13,796 bases of DNA from Paramicrosporidium saccamoebae KSL3 (taxonomy: Eukaryota; Fungi; Cryptomycota). The notes under the pieces were generated by a model. The model did not search any database and had not been told where the DNA came from. It saw only the letters and a list, made by a program, of their open reading frames with translations. Shown here in pieces: positions 6,374 through 13,796 of this stretch. The stretch lies in the NCBI GenBank assembly GCA_002794465.1, contig MTSL01000218.1, forward strand, positions 1 to 13,796, written 5' to 3'. The position numbers were made by a program, and so were the translations under genes. Each line of letters begins with the position of its first letter. The stretch's first letter is position 1.

Positions 6374-9300
6374 ATGGAGTCTGGCCGTCCGCAGAAACGC
6401 GCTATCCGGTGGTCCTTCTCACCAAAGTCCACACCCTCAAACAACCCCTCTCCAAACACCAAACGACGACTGGTGGAGAAGGAGAATGCCCTGCTGCAGC
6501 TGCCTAGCATTCCGCATAATGTACTCATGACATGCGATTGACTGGTAGGATGGACTGTTGGAAATGTGGAGGTCGCCAAAGATGAGGAATATTCCAACCA
6601 GTCCCATTAGGGGAATGGTTAGTGCAAGGTCATCGATAAGTGCGAGTCCGACGAGACACAAATCCCCTATCCAGAGCGCCTGTCTGGTTGCTGATATAGA
6701 AGACCTGGGAATCGGGAGTTCCTTCTTTTCCGAAATGGACTTGAATGAGTCCCACGATAATTCGTGCATGGACAAGTTTACATTTATTCGGATTGAACAG
6801 GTCCATAGTGGACGCAGCAAGAGAGGAGAGCCCGAGGTGATACTTGGAGGGAGAATTCAAAAGAATGGCAAGGAAACAACTGTAACGGTCAGGGGGTTGT
6901 GGGTCGAATGTGATTACAGAGTCGGAACTGTGATTTCCGTCACTCCGCCAACCTTTTCATCAGATATCATTATCGACGGGACGGACGGCTGTTTTCTCGT
7001 CTACGATCCCTCCACTCTGATCTCAATTACCACCGTCGCGGATGCCGTGTCCTGTCTCCGCAAAGCTGCGTTATCGATTAAGATGCAAAGTGCCGCTGCA
7101 GACAATCCCCCAACCATTCATCTCGTCAGTGGATCCGTTGCCCATGACGTCTTTGAACAGGGAATACAGCATCCCACCAAACTAGACAATGTAACTGACT
7201 TGATCATGAGATCCGTTACCACTCATCTAACCACTATTTTTGCATGTGGAGAGGTCGAAACGAGCGTGCAAAGCAAGGTTGTGGAGATTCTCAAAGGTTT
7301 TCGACCATGGTGTGCCAATTATCTTGCTGATACGCCAATTCCTGGAGCCACTGTCGTGGATGAACTCAAAACTGTTGTGCCAGAAATATCAAAGTCGATC
7401 TGCATCCCTCAGGTGTTCAGTCTTGAAGAAAGCATCACCTCGCATGGACTCGGATTAAAAGGTAAAATCGATGCAGTAGTCTTGGCGCGCTTCCGTACTG
7501 CTCCCAACGAACAGTATTCCTGGATGGTGCCGCTTGAGCTGAAAACGGGAAAGACCACCAGTAGTACGGCCCATCGTGCTCAGACTCTCCTATATACCTT
7601 GCTGCTTTCTGATCGATACGATTTCCCCGTTAGGATGGGGTTGCTGTATTATGTTGCATCGAACGTGCTGCTGAGACTGTCTACCCGGAGCGACGAGTTG
7701 CAGGCGTTGATTATGACGAGGAATAGACTGGCGGCTGCTTGTCAAGCCGACGCAAAACTGCCCAAACCGATTGATAACGCTCATAACTGCCGACAGTGTC
7801 CACAACTGGGAAATTGTTCAGTGATGGTCAAGTTAAATGGAGAAGACGAATCGCTGACCAACGAAACAATCGCCGCCAAACTAGAGAGCATTTCGGCTGT
7901 GATAGATGACTCGTTTTATCGAAAGTGGGAAAAACTATTGGTCCTTGAAGAGGAGGAAGCCCTTTGTTCCAAAAAAATGACAGCCAATTGTCTTCGTGCC
8001 GCGTTGATAGACTGCCAGTCGTCTGATAATCCCGGAGTGTTTCACAGGTTTAGTGCGACATTTAGTATCTCTGTCGACGACAGACTGACGGAAATCACCA
8101 AGGGCGACCCGGTTCTACTGTACTTGGCGGCCAACCTGGACCACGAAGTTGGAATCGGATTCGTGTCTGAGGCTACTTGTGAGAGACTGATTGTCAGTTG
8201 TGATCGTGACATTTCCTTTTGTCTGAACCGAGCGATGGATTTTGACGCAATCCAGAACCACCATTTGGAGAGGATTACGACCATTGGAAACGAATTTGTC
8301 ATCAAGAAGGATGAACTAAAGTCTGGCTTTTCGCTAGCCAGAATGAACCTATCCCGGTTATACGGCCCCAGGTTTAATGTGCTGCGCCAGTTACTGTGCA
8401 ATGGACAGCCTCCCCAAATGCGACAACCCCGCTGTGAATCAGGAGTGCCGTCCACCGATCTTGACGAGGACCAATTGGCAGCATTGCAGCACTGTCTTGC
8501 AGCTGAAGAGTACGCCTTGCTGCTTGGGATGCCAGGCACCGGCAAGACGACTACGCTTGTGGCACTCGTCCGAACTCTGATTTCACAGGGAGCCAAGATC
8601 TTAATCTCATCTTATACTCATTCCGCCGTAGACAATCTGTTAACAAAGATTAGAGCTACTGGGGTGTCAGTCCTGCGATTGGGGAATGCAGAACGGGTGG
8701 AAGACAGTCTCAAAGATGTTATTATCAATGAGGAAAATTATAAAACTATCCAGGCGATGCGGACGGCGATTCAGGGGACCCAAGTCTTTGGCACTACCTG
8801 TTTGGGCAGCAACCATCCCATCCTCGGCCACATTGAATTCGACTACTGCATCGTCGATGAGGCGTCACAAATTACGGTTCCGGCTGTTCTGGGATCAATT
8901 ATGCTGGCAAAGCGATTTATTCTGGTCGGTGATCACAACCAGTTGCCCCCACTGGTGCGGAGCAAGTCTGCAATTGCACTCGGGCTGAATGAAAGTCTCT
9001 TTAAAATTCTTGCGGAACAGCACCCCACTGCCGTGGCTACCCTAAGGAAACAATATCGTATGTGTCAGGACATTCAGTTGGTTGCCAACAAGACCGTGTA
9101 CAAAGATCAGCTCGTGTGTGGATCCGAAAAGGTCAAGACGCAATGTTTGGAAATATCAAACAGTGCCATGTCGGCGCTATTCTGTGAGGTCTGTGGAGAT
9201 TCTCCTCATTGTTGGGCCCGACAACTGTTGGATCCACACAAAAAAGTCTTGTTTCTCGACACTGACGCCATGGCTGCAACTGAGGAGCAAGTGGGAATGT

Positions 9301-9750
9301 CATTTAACAATCCAAAGGAGGCTGCCTTGGCTGTCAACATTTCATCCTCATTGCTCGCCTGCGGCATCTCGGAAGAGAGTATCTGTATCATCACAGCGTT
9401 CAGGCCGCAAGTCAAGCTGATCTTGGAATCGCTTCCTGAAGTCGAAGTATCCACGGTCGATCGGTACCAGGGACGCGATAAGGAATGTGTGATTCTCTCC
9501 TTTGTTCGCTCCAACTCTGATCTCAATGTACTACTTGGTCATGTCACTTTTGTTGTAGATTGGCTCGCTATTGAAGGATTGGAGTCGGCTGAATGTGGCC
9601 TTTACGCGGGCAAAGAGTAAGCTTGTGATGATCGGGTCCTGGAGCACGTTGATGGGCCATGAGCTACTTGCCCCGCTGAAGAATGTCATCATAGACAATG
9701 GATGGTATGTAAATTTGCCGCCTAATGCTGATCGGCATGCATTTTTGTGA
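6374..9750 (+). CDS. DNA2: DNA replication ATP-dependent nuclease/helicase Dna2, join(6374-6520, 6549-9527, 9559-9750), about 1105 aa
   Basis: Fe-S cysteines (SCLRK...CRQCPQLGNC), nuclease motifs EE...GLKGKIDA...PLELKTGK, SF1 helicase motifs GMPGTGKTT, DEASQ, LVGDHNQLPP, QYRM, TVDRYQGRDK; splicing the last intron restores IGSLLKDWSRLNVAFTRAKSKLVMIGS (motif VI), which the ORF track misses. Confidence 0.95.
6521..6548 (+). other. 28-nt intron 1 of DNA2
   Basis: GTACTC...TTGAC...TGGTAG, phase 0, removes TGA and joins exon 1 (MESGRPQKRAIRWSFSPK...PHN) to DGLLEMW. Confidence 0.75.
9528..9558 (+). other. 31-nt intron 2 of DNA2
   Basis: GTACTA...TTGTAG, phase 0, required to reach conserved motif VI. 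Confidence 0.93.
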
Positions 9751-9980
9751 AATAAACCAATAGGTATTGGAGAGGGCCATGAGCTACCCTGAATAACGTA
9801 TTTGTAGGCAACGGGTATATTTACATTTGCCGACTAATGCTGATCGGCATGCATTTTTGAGATGAGCCAATAGGTCTTGGAGAGGGCCATGAGCTACTCT
9901 AGTTAACATAATCCTAGGCAATGGGTGTGATTAAATCTGCAGTTTAATGCTAATCAGTATGCATTGTTGTGAAATAGACT
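9635..9980 (+). repeat. Degenerate tandem triplication (units about 128/110/110 bp) of the DNA2 3' coding end and 3' flank
   Basis: GGGCCATGAGCTA at 9654, 9774, 9884; a 26-nt identity CTAATGCTGATCGGCATGCATTTTTG at 9722 and 9834 with a decayed third copy near 9945; a 31-nt block with one mismatch at 9757 and 9867. Confidence 0.92.
9751..9756 (+). terminator. AATAAA poly(A) signal immediately after the DNA2 stop
   Basis: TGA AATAAA; the equivalent position is mutated in repeat copies 2 and 3. Confidence 0.5.
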
Positions 9981-10075
9981 AACAATTCTACTCGATGGGC
10001 ATGTCTCATCTATTGCCTTTTTGGGCGACCACATGAACGGCATTTATTAATGCCCGCGCCCCAAGCGAGGCGTCG

Positions 10076-12295
10076 ATGAAGTTCTGCCGCTCTCTCGAGT
10101 TCAATTGCGTTCCCGAGTGGAACGAATATTATCTGCACTACAAGTCTCTCAAGAAGCTTGTCGAGCAGATTGCACGAGCAGAGGCACGCGAATGGGCCGA
10201 CGACGACCTCTCATCCATCATGGTGGGCGAGGCCGAGTCGGAAGAAGTCAGCAGTCACATCATGGTGCTTGAGGCAACATTCTCCAAGCTGTTCAAGGAG
10301 GAGCTAGAAAAGGTGTCAGTGTTCTATGAGGCAGAGAAGAAACATTGCTTTAATGTCTGGAATGAGTTGACGGCAGACCAGTCGAGTACGAGACGGGCAC
10401 GTAGAGTTAGTTTCGATGACGAATATTTGCTTTCTGGGAATTTTATGACGTCGTTCTTGCGGTCTGACCAAGAGCTGTTGAATGTCAGTGCAGAATCCGT
10501 CAAGGTCCTATTTCTGGAAATGCACGATTTACTCGACTTTCTTCAAGTCAATAGAACTGGCTTTTGCAAGATTATCAAGAAACACGACAAGTATAGCAGA
10601 ATACCTACCAAGATAAGCCTGCAGGCTGAAATTGACATGGCATTGCCCTTTAGTGACTCGGACAAGCTCCATACTGTGATGGGTAGCATGGAGGAATTAT
10701 ATGCCGTCCTAGAGTGCGAGGGAAGACTGCACGAGGCAAGATCGCAGTTGCGTAACATTTTGAGAGAGCGTTTGATCATGTCACGCTCCACAGTCTGGCA
10801 GGACAAGGTGGCGATGGAAAGAAAGGTATCGGCAGTATCAGTGGCAGAGTCTGCAGAAGCCGTCGAGGGGAGTTGTGGAACCACAGATTGGGGGTACAAG
10901 TTTACTGTGATTATAACGCTGTTTGTCCTGGTCTGGATGCTACCTATTATGCCTGATCCCGAAATGAACAGGGCTCTTGCTATTTGCGTGCTGGTGGTTT
11001 CCTTCTGGGCCACAGAGGCAATTCCTTTATTTGCGACTGCAATCTTTGTTCCACTGCTGGTTGTTGTGATGCAGGTCATCAAAGACCCCATTACCCACGA
11101 GATTATTGATCGAAGCACTGCGGCTACAGTCATTGTGTCCAGCATGTTCTCGCAGGTCACATTGATGCTGCTCGGGGGATTTACCATTGCCGCGGCTGCT
11201 ACAAAATTTGGGATCGCCCGCAGTCTTGCTTGCAGGATCCTTCAGCTTGCTGGTCACAAGAGCAGCTCGTTGGTATTCATTGTCATGGTGCTCGCATTGG
11301 TGTCATCGTCCTTGATTTCCAATGTCGCAGCCCCAGTTCTTTGTTTCTCGCTGCTGCATGCGATGCTGCGCAGTCTGCCCACCGACACTTGTTTGACAAA
11401 GCAGCTTGTGCTGGCTGTCGCCATCGCTTCTAACATTGGAGGGATGGTAAGTCCCATCAGCAGTCCGCAGAACATTATTGCATTTGAACGAATGACCCAA
11501 ACGGGGGGAGGCATCAGTTGGCTGACTTGGTTTGCAATATCGATCCCCGTGTGCGCTTTGGCCCTGTTCGCATGCTGGACTGCAATTTGCTGGGAGAGTA
11601 AAGAGGAGAAACCAACGTTGCCGTCGGCAGTGTATTTTCATCCTACCCCGTTCGTGTGGGGTAGGAAAGAGGTTGCAGTTGTTTCCGTTACAATAATGAC
11701 CATTGCGTGCTGGTGTTCTGGACCAATTGGTGTTGGATTGTTTGGAAACATGGGGATCATTGCAGTGATTCCGATGATTGCCTTCTTTGGCAGTGGAATG
11801 CTCAACAAGGACGATTTCAATAGTTTCCCCTGGACTGTGGTCATGTTGGCAATGGGAGGGGGCGCACTGGGCGAGGCGGTAAAATCGTCTGGATTTCTAT
11901 CGTGGATCGCCGATACTTTAACCAGCTATGCGCCAGCCAGTTCGCTGTTTGCCCAAATGTTTACCATTACTTTGGTGGTTACGGTGATAACATCGTTTGT
12001 CTCTCACACCGTGGGTGCCCTTATTTTCATCCCGATGGTGCAAGCTGTAGGGGAAAATTTTTCAGATCCCCATCCGAGGCTACTGGTGATGGCTGCAGCG
12101 TTTGCGTGTTCTACGGGAATGGCCATGCCGGTCAGTAGCTTTCCCAACTTGACCGCATCGTCCCAAGAAAACGGAGCTGGACGACCGTATGTCGCACCGG
12201 CCGAGATGATCAAAGTAGGCACCATTTGTTCCATTCTGGTCTGGTTCGTTCTCATTTCTGTGGGATTCATAATGATGCGTCTGTTGGGTCTGTAA
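10076..12295 (+). CDS. SPX-domain low-affinity phosphate transporter, Pho87/Pho90/Pho91 family (SPX + SLC13/DASS membrane domain), 739 aa, intronless
   Basis: MKFCRSLEFNCVPEWNEYYLHYKSLKK (SPX start with Y22/K26) and NRTGFCKIIKKHDK (lysine cluster); FWATEAIPLFATA, LLGGFTIAAA, ISNVAAPV, ASNIGGMVSPISSPQNII, MLAMGGGALG, FVSHTVGALI, GMAMPVSSFPN. Paralog identity cannot be resolved by eye. Confidence 0.93.
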   Translation: MKFCRSLEFNCVPEWNEYYLHYKSLKKLVEQIARAEAREWADDDLSSIMVGEAESEEVSSHIMVLEATFSKLFKEELEKVSVFYEAEKKHCFNVWNELTADQSSTRRARRVSFDDEYLLSGNFMTSFLRSDQELLNVSAESVKVLFLEMHDLLDFLQVNRTGFCKIIKKHDKYSRIPTKISLQAEIDMALPFSDSDKLHTVMGSMEELYAVLECEGRLHEARSQLRNILRERLIMSRSTVWQDKVAMERKVSAVSVAESAEAVEGSCGTTDWGYKFTVIITLFVLVWMLPIMPDPEMNRALAICVLVVSFWATEAIPLFATAIFVPLLVVVMQVIKDPITHEIIDRSTAATVIVSSMFSQVTLMLLGGFTIAAAATKFGIARSLACRILQLAGHKSSSLVFIVMVLALVSSSLISNVAAPVLCFSLLHAMLRSLPTDTCLTKQLVLAVAIASNIGGMVSPISSPQNIIAFERMTQTGGGISWLTWFAISIPVCALALFACWTAICWESKEEKPTLPSAVYFHPTPFVWGRKEVAVVSVTIMTIACWCSGPIGVGLFGNMGIIAVIPMIAFFGSGMLNKDDFNSFPWTVVMLAMGGGALGEAVKSSGFLSWIADTLTSYAPASSLFAQMFTITLVVTVITSFVSHTVGALIFIPMVQAVGENFSDPHPRLLVMAAAFACSTGMAMPVSSFPNLTASSQENGAGRPYVAPAEMIKVGTICSILVWFVLISVGFIMMRLLGL

Positions 12296-12576
12296 TGATG
12301 AGGACTGCTAGATATTATAGCATTAAGGACTTTAGAAATTGCAGCATACATTTGAGGTTGGTGTCAATGGTGTGACGGAAGGACTCTGTCAAACAGCATC
12401 CGCTTATCATTGGCGAGTCTGACCTATATAGCGGTTCCACAGTCCAATTTGGTCATACTGAAGACGGCTACATATGAAGGAGCCATATACTTTAATAAGC
12501 AGTAGTTTTCTCATCAACAGACTCTTTTATCTGATCTGTGATATGCTCTCACAATTACATTATTATTGCCGGGGAT

Positions 12577-13796
12577 ATGGCCGACTTGGAGCAGTTTGAG
12601 TATTTGTCTCTGGTGGACAAGATTTGTAAAGAATTAGATAACCATGTTGGAATTAACGACAAAGTGCTTGCCGAGTTCATAATAGATCTCCACGAGAAAC
12701 ACCCCGAGGTGTTGTCCTTCCAGACCGCCTTAATTGAGCAAGGCGGCGAATTTTCAGACGCACTGGTGCACACCCTCCACCGTCTTATCGAAACACTTCA
12801 CCCAAAACGCAGAAAACGGGTTGAACGCGAACACGAACCGGATAGAAGCGGTAGGTATCCGGGACTGGCCATAACTGATGCGCCACGACGAGTGCCCACA
12901 ATGGAGGAAATCGTAGCCGAGGAGGAGCGCGAACGCAGGCACGCCAGACCGCCGCCTCGGGAAATACAAACTGTAAGGAAACCAACGACAAAGAAACGCA
13001 AAAGACTAAGCTCACCTGAGCGTTTTGAGATTAAACAGCTGATTGCTTCGGGCGTGTTGAATGCGGGCGACTATCCGGAACTGTATGAAGAGACGGAACG
13101 ATTAGCGGATGAAGCCGAAGTAGAGGAAGATGTGGAAATAGAGGTCCGACCAGAGGAGCCTCGGTTCTTGAAGGGACAGATGCATTTGGCCCTGGAACTG
13201 AGTCCTGTAAAGATTGTCAAGAATCCCGAGGGCAGTCTGAATCGGGCCGCCATGTCGGGTGCTGCTCTTGCTGCTGAACGTCGAGAAGTGCGTCAAACCC
13301 AAGAAAAGGAAAAGAAACGGGACGGAAAGGGAACAGAAATCTCACAGAGTTGGGCCGATCCAACTGCCCCCGCACATGTGTTTGCTGAAGATTTGCGAAG
13401 GAAAGGGGAGGAAATGCCGGAATGGAAAAAAGCGGCAATGGAGCCAAGAAACGCTCGACCTGTCCCCAGTCGACCGTCTTCAAACACAATCCGGCAACAA
13501 CGCGAATCGCTTCCAATTTATCAGTTGCGTCGAGAGTTGATGGATGCGATCCGAGACCATCAGATTTTGGTGGTCATTGGAGACACGGGCAGTGGAAAGA
13601 CGACACAGCTAACACAATATCTTGCAGAGGAGGGCTACACTAACCGTGGACAGATTGTGGGATGCACCCAACCCCGCCGAGTGGCAGCAATGTCAGTGGC
13701 AAAGCGCGTTTCTGAAGAAGTGGGCTGTCGTCTGGGCGACTTTGTGGGATACACAATCCGATTTGAGGATTGTACCAGCACACGCACACAGATTAA
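12577..13796 (+). CDS. PRP22: Pre-mRNA splicing DEAH-box helicase Prp22/DHX8, 3'-partial
   Basis: Hand translation is open to the window end: [151 protein letters not shown]-terminal motifs are DHX8-specific. Confidence 0.96.
   Translation, partial: MADLEQFEYLSLVDKICKELDNHVGINDKVLAEFIIDLHEKHPEVLSFQTALIEQGGEFSDALVHTLHRLIETLHPKRRKRVEREHEPDRSGRYPGLAITDAPRRVPTMEEIVAEEERERRHARPPPREIQTVRKPTTKKRKRLSSPERFEIKQLIASGVLNAGDYPELYEETERLADEAEVEEDVEIEVRPEEPRFLKGQMHLALELSPVKIVKNPEGSLNRAAMSGAALAAERREVRQTQEKEKKRDGKGTEISQSWADPTAPAHVFAEDLRRKGEEMPEWKKAAMEPRNARPVPSRPSSNTIRQQRESLPIYQLRRELMDAIRDHQILVVIGDTGSGKTTQLTQYLAEEGYTNRGQIVGCTQPRRVAAMSVAKRVSEEVGCRLGDFVGYTIRFEDCTSTRTQI

Noticed and set aside
9645-9650. Pho4-type CACGTT site upstream of the phosphate transporter
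   Set aside because: Single hexamer inside the DNA2 CDS, deleted in repeat copies 2 and 3, and also present in an unrelated place (AspRS exon 2); chance level.
9635-9980. CRISPR-like array next to a Cas4-like (Dna2) nuclease
   Set aside because: Units are 110-128 bp degenerate duplications of the DNA2 coding end; intervening segments are homologous to each other, not unique spacers; context is eukaryotic.
10543-11187. 214-aa antisense ORF (also 8042-8596, 909-1265, 12004-12351 and other short track ORFs)
   Set aside because: Lie opposite or within well-supported conserved genes, with no recognisable motifs; expected shadow ORFs.
12295-12534. Box C/D snoRNA candidate (ATGATGA at 12295; CTGA at 12419, 12458, 12531)
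   Set aside because: The C box is explained by tandem stops TAA TGA TGA; no convincing terminal stem or rRNA-complementary guide that I can recognise.
1-13796. Prokaryotic operon interpretation suggested by co-oriented, tightly packed genes and GTG/TTG track starts
   Set aside because: Genes are eukaryote-specific (TAF10, Prp22, Cwf19L2, SPX), need spliceosomal introns and have AATAAA signals.

Overview
Very compact eukaryotic genomic DNA (about 91% coding by my exon models; intergenic gaps 5-325 nt; seven predicted 28-32 nt introns). The style suggests a genome-reduced, fungus-related lineage such as Rozellomycota/early Microsporidia, but that assignment is inference only. Eight genes in order: partial F-box/LRR-like protein (+), CWF19L2/Cwf19 (+), TAF10 (-, 1 intron), mitochondrial-type aspartyl-tRNA synthetase (+, 4 introns), Pcs60/AAE3-type acyl(oxalyl)-CoA synthetase (+), DNA2 nuclease-helicase (+, 2 introns), SPX-domain Pho87/90/91-family phosphate transporter (+) and the 5' part of PRP22/DHX8 (+, runs off the window and is absent from the ORF track). 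No rRNA, tRNA, CRISPR array or mobile element is supported. Most notable: uniform micro-introns (all TAG acceptors, none with +5G, none 3n), a degenerate tandem triplication of the DNA2 3' end, a chain of stop/start-overlapping uORFs before the phosphate transporter, a Prp22 lacking its S1 domain, a possible frameshifted AspRS C-terminal tail, a 12-bp palindromic bidirectional poly(A) signal, and an identical 9-mer 8 nt upstream of two start codons. These are housekeeping genes with unusual gene-expression architecture; I do not see a clear new multi-gene system.
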